In this document: positions 39,736 through 53,070 of the stretch, one piece after another | How positions within the stretch are numbered: position 1 is the stretch's first letter | How the letters are laid out: each line of letters begins with the position of its first letter | NCBI GenBank assembly: GCA_964016885.1 | Contig: OZ024764.1 | Span: 17,856,001 to 17,920,000 of the forward strand | Length of the DNA: 64,000 bases | Reading direction: 5' to 3' | Source of the DNA: Eledone cirrhosa | Taxonomy: Eukaryota | Notes under the pieces: model-generated | What the model was told of the DNA's origin: nothing | Seen by the model: only the letters and a program-made list of their open reading frames with translations | Databases searched by the model: none | Made by a program: the position numbers and the translations under genes

Positions 39736-42700
39736 AGGTAATTCCGAAGGAAAAGCAAAGGAAAAAAGAGTGCTCTATGTATAGAACAGAGCTGTTTAAT
39801 AGAAAGGGAACAACACAAAATATAATTACTCCATTACCAAAGGTTTCTGGATCGTTCGTCAGACAGATGTTATGGATAAAAAATATTTCATATTTTTTAT
39901 TTCATATCTTTTATCTATAACATCTCTGCCTGACGACCGATCCAGATGTATATTATTATTGTCTGGGATCCAGAAACCTTTGGTAATGGAGTAGTTATAT
40001 TTCGTGTTGTTCACTTTCTAATTAAACAGCTCTGTGCTATACATAGAGCACTCTTTTTTCCTTTGGAATTACCTAATATATATATATTAATTAACGGTTA
40101 ATTAGTCTCTAATACTATGTATGTGTGTGTTTCATCATCATCATCATCGTTTAACATCCATTTTCCACACTAGCATGGGTTAGACGAGTTATCCCATTGT
40201 GAAACAAGTTAGATCAGGTGACCATGACTTGCTCATATAGAACTGGTTATGGCTTGGTTCCTACACAACCACTTTAGTGTCTACTGGCCAGTTACAGCCG
40301 GTTTGAACAGAAAGGGGTGAGAGAATTCTGGCCAGATGCAGCCGGTTTAAATACTAAAGGGGTGAGAGAATTCTGGCCAGATGCAGCCGGTTTAAATACT
40401 AAAGGGGTGAGAGAATTCTGGCCAGATGCAGCCAGTTTAAATACTAAAGGGGTGAGAGAATTCTGGCCGGATACAGCCGGTTTAAATGCTAAAGGGGTGA
40501 GAGAATTCTGGCCGGATACAGCCGGTTTAAATACTAAAGGGGTGAGAGAATTCTGGCCAGATACAGCCGGTTTAAATACTAAAGGGGTGAGAGAATTCTG
40601 GCCAGATACAGCCGGTTTAAATACTAAAGGGGTGAGAGAATTCTGGTTAGATACAGCCGGTTTGAACAGAGAGGGGTGAGAGAATTCTGACCAGATACAG
40701 CCGGTTTAAATACTAAAGGGGTGAGAGAATTCTGGCCAGATACAGCCGGTTTGAACAGAGGGGTGAGAGAATTCTGGCCAGATACAGCCGGTTTGAACAG
40801 AGGGGTGAGAGAATTCTGGCCAGATACAGCCGGTTTAAATACTAAAGGGGTGAGAGAATTCTGGCCAGATACAGCCGGTTTGAACAGAGAGGGGTGAGAG
40901 AATTCTGACCAGATACAGCCGGTTTGAACAGAGGGGTGAGAGAATTCTGGCCGGATACAGCCGGTTTAAATACTAAAGGGGTGAGAGAATTCTGACCAGA
41001 TACAGCCGGTTTAAATACTAAAGGGGTGAGAGAATTCTGACCAGATACAGCCGGTTTAAATACTAAAGGGGTGAGAGAATTCTGACCAGATACAGCCGGT
41101 TTGAACAGAGAGGGGTGAGAGAATTCTGGCCAGATACAGCCGGTTTAAATACTAAAGGGGTGAGAGAATTCTGGCCAGATACAGCCGGTTTGAACAGAGA
41201 GGGGTGAGAGAATTCTGGCCGGATACAGCCGGTTTAAATACTAAAGGGGTGAGAGAATTCTGGCCAGATACAGCCGGTTTAAATACTAAAGGGGTGAGAG
41301 AATTCTGGCCAGATACAGCCGGTTTAAACAGAGAGGGGTGAGAGAATTCTGGCCGGATACAGCCGGTTTAAATACTAAAGGGGTGAGAGAATTCTGGCCA
41401 GATACAGCCGGTTTAAATACTAAAGGGGTGAGAGAATTCTGGCCAGATACAGCCGGTTTGAATACTAAAGGGGTGAGAGAATTCTGGCCAGATACAGCCG
41501 GTTTAAATACTAAAGGGGTGAGAGAATTCTGGCCAGATACAGCCGGTTTGAACAGAGAGGAGTGAGAGAATTCTGACCAGATACAGCCGGTTTAAATACT
41601 AAAGGGGTGAGAGAATTCTGGTTAGATACAGCCGGTTTAAATACTAAAGGGGTGAGAGAATTCTGGCCGGATACAGCCGGTTTAAATACTAAAGGGGTGA
41701 GAGAATTCTGGCCAGATACAGCCGGTTTAAATACTAAAGGGGTGAGAGAATTCTGGCCAGATGCAGCCGGTTTAAATACTAAAGGGGTGAGAGAATTCTG
41801 GCCAGATACAGCCGGTTTAAATACTAAAGGGGTGAGAGAATTCTGGTCAGATACAGCCGGTTTGAACAGAGAGGGGTGAGAGAATTCTGACCAGATACAG
41901 CCGGTTTAAATACTAAAGGGGTGAGAGAATTCTGGTTAGATACAGCCGGTTTAAATACTAAAGGGGTGAGAGAATTCTGGCCGGATACAGCCGGTTTAAA
42001 TACTAAAGGGGTGAGAGAATTCTGGCCAGATACAGCCGGTTTAAATACTAAAGGGGTGAGAGAATTCTGGCCGGATACAGCCGGTTTAAATACTAAAGGG
42101 GTGAGAGAATTCTGGCCAGATACAGCCGGTTTAAATACTAAAGGAGTGAGAGAATTCTGGCCAGATACAGCCGGTTTAAATACTAAAGGGGTGAGAGAAT
42201 TCTGGTCAGATACAGCCGGTTTGAACAGAGAGGGGTGACAGAATTCTAGCCAGATACAGCCGGTTTGAACAGAGGGGGGTGACAGAATTCTAGCCAGATA
42301 CAGCCGGTTTGAACAGAGAGGGGTGACAGAATTCTAGCCAGATACAGCCGGTTTAAATGCTAAAGAGTTACGGGTATTTTTCGATGTTCCAATGCACTAA
42401 TCATTTGAGTAAATCTGTGTTTGGTTTCGAATATTTTCAAATTAAAAAAAATTTTTTTTTTTTTTAATTATTCAAAACACCTCACTAAATCATAACTTTC
42501 CATTTACAATCGAAATATCATCATTATCATCATCATCACCATCGATATATATATATATATTTTATTTTTTTTTTTATATCTTATCTTTATGTTATATTCG
42601 TCAGATTTCACGACAACACCATTACCAGGTAGTATATATATATATATATCTCTCTAAAACACAGTCTCCCATCTCATTTGGTTGGTTTAACGCAGTCTTC

Positions 42701-42824
42701 TTGTTTCGCACTCTCACACACACACACACACATACATACAATAATATACATGTATATACATATACAGATATATATATATATATATACAGACATATATATA
42801 TATACATACATACATATATATATG

Positions 42825-42874
<50 letters not shown>

Positions 42875-43142
42875 CATATATATATGTATGTATATATATA
42901 TGCCTGTATATATACACACACATATATATATACACAGACTTATATATACACACTCACACACACACATATATATATACATATACACATATATATACACACA
43001 CACACACTCATATATATATATATATATATACACGCACATATATACACAGACTTATACACACACACACACACATATATATACACATATATATATGTATGTA
43101 TATATATATGCCTGTATATATATTTGTATATACATATGCATA

Positions 43143-43186
<44 letters not shown>

Positions 43187-44125
43187 TACACACACACATA
43201 TATATATATATACATACACACACACACACACACACACACCTCTGCACTGCTCTCCTTAGTCTCTTCCTACTACTACTACTACTACTACTACCTCTTGTTG
43301 TTTATACTTTCCTCTTCTTCCACCTTCCTCCCGATGTAGTGGTGTCTCTCTCTCTCTCTCTCCTACTCCTTCCTCTCTCACTCTCAATGTCTCCTATCTT
43401 TCTCCTCTCTTTTCCCTCTCTCAATCACTCTCTCTCTCTCTCTCACCATCTCTCTCTCTCGTGTGTGTGTTTTGTTTTTCCCTCTCTCCAATTCTCCCTC
43501 TATATCTGTCTCTCTTTCCCTCCCTCTCTCTCTCCCCATTTCCCCCTCCCTATATCCCTCTCTCTCCAACTCCTCTCTCTCTCTCTCCCAATATCCACCT
43601 ACCTCTCTCCCAATGCCCCCCCCCCCCTATCTCTCTCTCTATATCCCTCCATCTCTCCCTTAATCTTGTGTGTGTTTTGTTCCCCCCTCCCTCCCTCCCT
43701 CCCCCTCTCTCTCTCTGCTTAACTGCTGCTGCTACTACTACTGCTATCACTGCTATAGTTTATTCTGCATGGCAGTGTGTTTTATATTCTGGGGTTGACT
43801 TTGTGGTGATGATGGTGATGATGATGATAATGGTGATGGTGATGATGATGATGGTGGTGGTGATGGTGATGGCTTGTGTGATTGTTGTTTGTGGTTTGTT
43901 TTTGTTGTTATGTTGTTTTTTTTCTGTTTTGTTTTCTTTGCTGTGGTGTTGGTGGTGGTGTTGATGGTGGTGGTGGTGGTGGTGGTGGTGGTGGTGGTGG
44001 TGATGTTGGTGATGGTGGTGACAAGGTTGGTAATATATATATATATATATGTGTGTATATATGTATATTATATATATCTATCAATCTAGCGCAGGTAAAA
44101 TTCCCGAGATTAAATATGTATATAT

Positions 44126-44171
<46 letters not shown>

Positions 44172-44491
44172 GCAATGAGTTATTTAATTTGTTGATTATT
44201 CAACAAATTTAGTTTATAACAGATTGGAAGCACTCAACAGTTTCTTCTGGAGTATAATATCAATAATATTAATAAATGGAAACTATCTTTATAAAACCAT
44301 ATTCAAATAGAACTCAAAACATTAAGTTTCCAGTTTGAATATGTCACTATCTGTAAAACAACTTTTGTATTTTATCTGATGAGAGGGTACCAAAATTTTG
44401 GTACCCTTGAAATATATATAATAAAATAAATATGGTTTTATAAAGATAGTTTCCATTTATTAATATTATTGATATATATATATACATATAC

Positions 44492-44539
<48 letters not shown>

Positions 44540-47500
44540 ATATATATATTCAGTATATAAGGATGCAATTCAATTTAAGCACTCAAAGTCATATTACTTC
44601 TTAAAAACATGGATGGCGGAGTATATTAATAAAGATGAAAATACGAAGTTAAAGATGCTAGGGTTCTTTTTTTATTTGTGCCGTTATATATATTTCAATG
44701 GCGATAAACATTGTGACAGCATTGATTAAAAGGTAACATTTCTGAGTCAATTTTATGTGGAAGGGGCCGGACAACTTGAGCAAAAACACAATTTTTTTAA
44801 TCCGTTCCCTTCCACATAAAATTACTAACATGAGTTGTCCCATTGAGTGAAAAGTCAGATCAGGTGACAATGTCTTCTTACTCATACAGAACTGATTCTG
44901 GAGTCGTTTCTACAGCTGGATGCCCTTCCTAGTGCCAACCACATTTACAGTATTGACTGGGTGCTTTTCATCGTGATAATAATAATAATAATAATGAAAT
45001 TATTGTGTACAGTGCTCAGGTGCACTACAACTCATCAAAGGTGCATGTATAGTACATAGAATAATATACAAATGTCAGGAAAGTGAACAGTGTATGAGTC
45101 ATGATATACACACAGATACATGTATGCGTGTGTATGGAGGGGGAATATCAGGTGTAGTGTTGGTGAATCTCAGGAAGCATGGAGGTTTTAAAGGATGCAG
45201 TGTCTCGACAGCTAACAACTGATGCAGGGAGTTTGTTCCATGGAGGTTTTAAAGGATGCAGTGTCTCGACAGCTAACAACTGATGCAGGTAGTTTGTTCC
45301 ATGGAGGTTTTAAAGGATGCAGTGTCTCGACAGCTAACAACTGATGCAGGTAGTTTGTTCCATGGAGGTTTTAAAGGATGCAGTGTCTCGACAACTAACA
45401 ACTGATGCGGGTAGTTTGTTCCATGGAGGTTTTAAAGGATGCAATGTCTCAACAGCTAACAACTGATGCAGGTAGTTTGTTCCATGGAGGTTTTAAAGGA
45501 TACAGTGTCTCGACAGCTAACAACTGATGCAGGTAGTTTGTTCCATGGAGGTTTTAAAGTATGCAATGTCTCAACAGCTAACAACTGATGCAGGTAGTTT
45601 GTTCCATGGAGGTTTTAAAGGATGCAGTGTCTCAACATCTAACAACTGATGCAGGTAGTTTGTTCCATGGAGGTTTTAAGGGATGCAGTGTCTCGACAGC
45701 TAACAACTGATGCAGGTAGTTTGTTCCATGCTTCAGCAACTCTGAGCGTGAAAAAATGTTTCCGAAAGTCATGGGAGCTGTGCTGCTTTCTGACTTTGGT
45801 GGCACCAAAACAACCACTTTACAGTGTGGACTAGGTGCTTTTTGTCACTTCACCAAAACAACCCACCTTCCCTTTCAGCGGGCAGTTAGTTATCAACCCA
45901 GCCAAAACCAGCTCTGCTTCTATGAAACAAAACCACCCATTTTAAAGGTTTCAAATTTAAATAAATATCTTCCAACATAATTCTATATAAGAACCTTATA
46001 TTAAGTTACTATCTTAGTAATGAAATAATTAAAATGAACTTGGCTGATGTCAATACTATGGAGAGCAGCTGTGAGACATTGCCTGATGTTGTCTACCTTG
46101 GAGTCCAGGAAAACCACAGCACCCCAAAGACCAACCAAAATTGGATGTGGATGGATGTATAAGAACCTTATGTTAAGTTATTGTCTTTGTAATGAAATAT
46201 TAGTTTGATACCAACCCAAACAGAGCCAGCTCTGGTTCTGTGAAACAAAACCACCCATTTCAAAGGGTTTCTATTGAAATTAATTGAAATAAAGCATTCC
46301 ATTTTGAATTAAAATCTTCCATTAAGTTACTGTCTTGGTAATGAAATAATTAATAATTTTTGTAGTAAATCCGTCAAAATTCTTCATTAATTAATTGAAT
46401 TACAGGGTTTCTATTTAAATTAAAATCTTCCAACATAATTTTATTAAATTCTTCAACATTCTTCATTAATTAGTTGAAATAAAATGTATTTCATTAGAAT
46501 TACAGTCATAAAATGGTTAAAAGTTGTGTGTAGTGTATGTGAGCCGGCTGTGTCATCATTATCATCATCATCATCATCGTCGTTTCTGCATTTGAAAACA
46601 TGAGAGTCCCAAACATAGAAACATCTGTAGTATCAGTCAATCACTAAAGATAATAGTTGAGAAAAATTGATTAAACAACAAAAAGAATGGACACTGGACA
46701 AAGATGCCCCTGGAGGGCAATTTACTCAATTTTCTCAAATATTGTCCAAAGTCTGTCTCAAGGCTGGATGCTCCACTGGACCGGTGTTTATCCCAGCTCT
46801 CTTGGTGTTAAATGACAGAGTACAAGACTCCCCCTGGATAGGACACCAGTCCATCAAAGGTTTAAACCCCCAGCTATTGCTGACACTTATCCTAATTTCA
46901 TTAGTGTTAAGTGACTGAGAGTACAAGACTTTCCCCTGGATAGGACACCAGTCCATCGCAGAGTTAAATCCCAGTTTTGCCTGAACTTATCCCAGCTTCC
47001 GTGCTGTTACGTGACTGAGTGTACAAGACTTCCTCCTGGACATGATGCCAGTCCATCACCTGGTTAACCCTTTAGCATTTAAACCAGCCATATGGAGGCA
47101 TGTGGCTCAGTGGTTAGAGCATTGGCCTTGCAATCGAAAGGTTGCGAGTTCAATTCTCAGACCGGGTGATGTGTTGTTTCCTTAAGCAAGACACTTTATT
47201 TCACATTGCTCCAGTTTACTCAGCTGTAGAAATGAGATGATAGGGACTGGGGTCCCTATCATTCCACTGCAAAGTGGTCGTGGAGGTGCCACGGCAAAAA
47301 AGCACCCAGCACTCACTGTTAATGAGGTTGGTGTTAGGAAGGGCATCCAGCTGTAGAAATCAAGCCAGAATCAGTTCCCGTCTCACCCTTGCAAGCAGGG
47401 AAAAGTGGACGTAAAATGAAATGATGATATCCGGCCAGAATTCTCTCACATCTTTCTGTTCAAACTGGCCATAACCGGCCACTCATACTGACACTAAAGC

Positions 47501-48739
47501 AGCTTTACTTTTTTGTTTTTTATCTCCTCTGTGAGGTTTAGATCCTTGAGGTAAACTCCCACCACCTCGAACCCAGTTCATCCTTGACGTTCCACTTCCA
47601 TAGCTTCCTTTCACTTGTCTTTTTTCCTCTGTCATCTCTTTGAGGTTTAGTTTCTTAAGTTTAACATTCACCACCTCTCCCCAGGTCTTCTTTGGTCTCC
47701 CTTTGTCATCCTTTCTCATCCTTGGTCATCCTTTCTCATCTTTGGTCTCCCTTTGTCATCCTTGGTCTCCCTTTGTCATCCTTGGTCTCCCTTTCTCATC
47801 CTTAGTCTTCCTTTGTCATCCTTGGTCTCCCTTTCTCATCTTTGGTCTTCCTTTGTCATCCTTGGTCTCCCTTTCTCATCTTTGGTCTTCCTTTGTCATC
47901 CTTGGTCTCCCTTTCTCATCCTTGGTCATCCATATCTACCCTCTACTTGTCTTTTTTATTTGTCATCTCTCTCTCCTAAGAGGTTCAGCTTCTTTAGATC
48001 AGTTCTCACCACTTCTACCCAGGTCCCTCTGTCTGTCTTGGTACACATGGCTGTAGAATGCTCAGCCACTTATTCATTAATTTCACAAGCAGGCAGTTAT
48101 GTTGATATAATCAACTGGAGCACTTGTCCCAAGAAGAAACAGTTCTAATAACAATTCATTGCATTATAGTGGATTACATAACAATCCAGGTTTTACAGGC
48201 CATTATGGAACTCCAATGAAACATGTGTAAATCACTTTCTGCATCAATAAATATTACTTCAATCTTCTACAAATCTTGCCTAATTTTTCTTGATATCCTG
48301 TCTGTTATATATATATATATACATATATACATATATATATATATATATGTATATATATTTAACCAGATTGAATTTTCGTTGTTGTGGTGGTTTCTGTGGC
48401 TTTGTCCCCTTAACCACAGTTTTTTTCAATTCGTAACAGCATTTAACGTATGTTTATCACTCTGAGATGTAACTTATCGATTTATCGATATCTTCTTATT
48501 GAGTGCTTCTTTCAAAGCTTAGGAATATTGTTGTTTTTTTTTTTCGTGGATACTGGCCGAGTTCTGCAACTTCGATTTTACTCACTTCCACTCATATATA
48601 TATATATATATATATACATATATACATATATATATATATATAGGAGGATTAACACAGATAAGTGGTACAGTAGGGTTTATTTCCAGCATTTACATATGTT
48701 TCATCTTCTTGTCATCTTGAAATCACTATTCTCAATACC

Positions 48740-48787
<48 letters not shown>

Positions 48788-51700
48788 TCATCGTTTAATG
48801 TGGTGGTGTTGTTCTTTGTTTTATGTTACTACTACTCTGTGTATTGAGTACTTTTTATTAACCTTTGAGATATATATATATACATACATTGGTACATATA
48901 TCATTCATATATATATATATACACACACACACTGTGTGTACATATATATATATATGTATACACGCACATGTTGAATTTTGTCTTTCATCCATTCCGGTGT
49001 GGGCGGGAGGGAGGTACTTTTCAAGTTGTGTGTGTTGTGAAATCAAATCCTGTCTCCGGTCACGGCAGGGGGTAGTGGGGGGGGGTCTCTTCTGCCAGGT
49101 ATAGTGGAGGTAGATTGCACCACCACCATCACTATCACACCACCATCACCATCATACCATCACTATCACACCACCACACCACCATCACCATCATACCATC
49201 ACTACCACACCACCACACCACCACACCACCATCACCATCACTACCACACCTCAACCATCTCCACAACACCATCACTATCACACCACCACACCACCACACT
49301 ACAACCACTACCGTCACACTACTGTCACAACACCACACCACCACTACCACAACAAAAACCATTGCAACCACCATCACACTACCACTACTACCACCATCAC
49401 CACTACCATCATGCCACACCACCACCACCACCACTACTGTCATCACAACACCACCGCCATTACACTGTCACCAACATCACACCACCACCATCACCACCAC
49501 TACCATCATGCCACCACCACACTGCAACCACCACCACCACACCACCACTACCATCATACCACCACCACCACACCACCACTAACACCACCACCACCACCAT
49601 CACCACCACTACCATTATGCCACCACCACACTCCAACCACCACCACCACACCACCACCACCACCACACCACCACCACCACACCACCACTAACACCACCAC
49701 CACCACCATCACCACCACTACCATTATGCCACCACCACACTCCAACCACCACCACCACACCACCACACTCCAACCACCACCACCACACCACCACTAACAC
49801 CACCACCACCACCACCATCACTGCCATTTAATGTTTTTTTTTAGTTATGGTTTGTGTGTGTGTTTTTTGCCTTAATTAACCTGTACCACTTACTACCTCG
49901 CTGCGCACCTGCTGCACACCTGATGCACACCTTAATTATTGCATTAATTAATGTTCATGTAATTGTTGCTGTTGTTGTTTATGATTATTATTATTGTTGT
50001 TGTTGTTGTTCCCCTCCCCCCAAGATTGTTGGTCTTGTGTCTAAATCAGAAACCATTGTTATAAAATAAAGTACCAGTAATACAGTGGGGTTGATTTAAT
50101 CAAACCACCTCCCTTTCAAATTGATGGCCTTGTGCCAAAAGTAGAAACAATTGGCAGAATCGACAGAGTTACGTCCCTTTACGATCTGAGTTCAAATCCC
50201 GCCGAGGTTAACTTTGCCTTTCATCCTTCCAGGGTCGATAAAATAAAGTACCAGTAATACACTGGCGTCGATTTAATCGACCCCTCCCCCCCAAATTGCT
50301 GGCCTTGTGCTTAAATAAGAAACCGTTGTTATGAGTTTAAATCCTGCTGGGGGTCAACTTTGATTCCATCTGTACAGGTTCGATAAAATAATTGTTTCTA
50401 CTTTTTGGCACAAGGCCAGCAATTACCCCAGTACATTACTGGTACTTTATTTTATCGACCCCCGTAAGGATGAAAGGCAATAATATTTCGAGATTAATAT
50501 CTCTTCTTCCGAAGAAAATAGAGGAACTATTCTAGAGTCCGATGTGGCTTGCTATATATAGTCAGTCGATTGACTTTCGTCGTCAAATCGGACCGAGGAA
50601 ACAATGTTTCCATTGGTCTTTCCAATTGCTAATACTATCTATCGGTCGCAACTCCAGGTAGAAGGAGCAACGTGAAATAAAGTGTCTTGCTCAAGGACAT
50701 AACTCATCACCCGGTCCAGGAATCGAACTCGCAACCTCAAGATTGTGAATCCAATTCTCTTACCACTCAGCCACACACCTTCACTTGCTATAAAGTAATT
50801 TAGTTAATACAAAGCATTGTAAGATATATAAAAGGCTGATAAGTTTCAAAAAGTCAGTACAATGTGGTAGGAATATATACTAAAGGAAATTATGACAAAT
50901 AAAACACAACAAACCTTATTTTACCTTAACCCTTTAGCATTTAAACTGGCCATATCCGGCCATAATTCTCTCACCTCTTTCTGTTCAAACCGGCTGTAAC
51001 CAGCTGCTCATACTTATGTTAAGGTATTGTTCTCAAAATAAATAATATCAAAATCTCATAGATTCGATATTGTGAAATAAAGTGTTTGCCATGAAAATAC
51101 AATGGTATATATAGTGTAATGTAAATGCTAAAGGGTTAATATATTTAAACCTGATATATCTCGGAACTAAGACCCTTTTTCAAATGTGGAACTAAAACAG
51201 TTCAAAACAAAACAAACAATTGATGTTCTTTCTTAACCCTTTAGCATTTACATTACTCTATATATACTATTGTATTTTCACAGTAAAGGCTTTACCTCAC
51301 ATAATATCTCACATAACATTTACATTACTCTATATATACTATTGTATTTTCATGGTAAAGGCTTAACCTCACATAATACCTCACATAACATTTACATTAC
51401 TCTATATATACTATTGTATTTTCATGGTAAAGGCTTTACCTCACATAATACCTCACATAACATTTACATTACTCTATATACACTATTGTATTTTCACAGT
51501 AAAGGCTTTACCTCACATATCTCACATACCATTTACATTACTCTATATATACTATTGTATTGTCACAGTAAAGGCTTTGCCACACATAATATCTCACACA
51601 ACATTTACATTACTCTATATATACTATTGTATTGTCACAGTAAAGGCTTTACCTCACATAATATCTCACATAACATTTACATTACTCTATATATACTATT

Positions 51701-52300
51701 GTATTTTCACAGTAAAGGCTTTACCTCACATAATATCTCACATAACATTTACATTACTCTATATATACTGTCATATTTTTGTGGTAAAGGCTTTACCTCA
51801 CATAATATTGAATCTATGAGATTTTGATATTATTTATTTTGAGAACAATACTTTAACGTCAATATGGGCAGCCAGTTATGGCCGGTTTGAACAGAAAGAT
51901 GTGAGAGAGTTCTGGCCAGATATGGCTGGTTTAAATGCTAAAGGGTTAATATATTTCAACCTGATATATTTCGGAGCTAAAATCCGCTTTTCAAATGTGG
52001 AACTAAAGCAGTTCAAAACAAACAATTGATGTGTTCTTCCTTAACTGGTTTATGTGTCTGAAATATGCATGCATGAAGTCCTTATAGTAACCAGTCTGCT
52101 TTATGCATTTCCAGCCTATTATGTACCTGTGGGACTTTCTTCTGGTGACACTGGGTCAAACATTGTTTGCTTTTGTCATCATTTGCCCTTTATATATTTC
52201 TACCACATTGTACCAGCTTTTTAAAACTTATCAGTCATTTATTTAATATATATATATATATATGTATATATATATGTGTGTGTGTGTGTGTGTATATGTT

Positions 52301-52333
<33 letters not shown>

Positions 52334-52621
52334 ATATGTTTATATATATATATGTGTGTGTGTGTGTATGTTTATATATATATATATGTGTGTGTATGTT
52401 TATATATATATATATATGTGTGTGTGTGTTTATATATATATATATATGTGTATATGTTTATATATATATATATGTGTATATGTTTATATATATATATGTT
52501 TATATATATATATATATGTGTATATGTTTATATATATATATGTTTATATATATATATATGTGTATATGTTTATATATATATATATGTGTATATGTTTATA
52601 TATATATATATGTGTGTATAT

Positions 52622-52665
<44 letters not shown>

Positions 52666-52669
52666 ATAT

Positions 52670-52713
<44 letters not shown>

Positions 52714-53036
52714 ATATGTTTATATATATATATATGTGTATATGTTTATATATATATATGTGTGTGTATATGTTTATATATATATGTGTGTGTATATGTT
52801 TATATATATATATGTGTGTATATGTTTATATATATATATATATGTGTGTATATGTTTATATATATATATGTGTGTATATGTTTATATATATATATATGTG
52901 TATATGTTTATATATATATGTTTATATATGTATGTGTATATGCATATGTATATATGTTTATATATATATGTATGTGTATATATATGCATATGTATATATG
53001 TGTATATATATATATATATATGTGTGTGTATATATA

Positions 53037-53070
<34 letters not shown>

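Noticed and set aside
47981-48043. Additional phase-2 exon ([15 protein letters not shown]...)
   Set aside because: AAG acceptor and only poor donors (GTCCCT, GTACAC); not supportable without reads.
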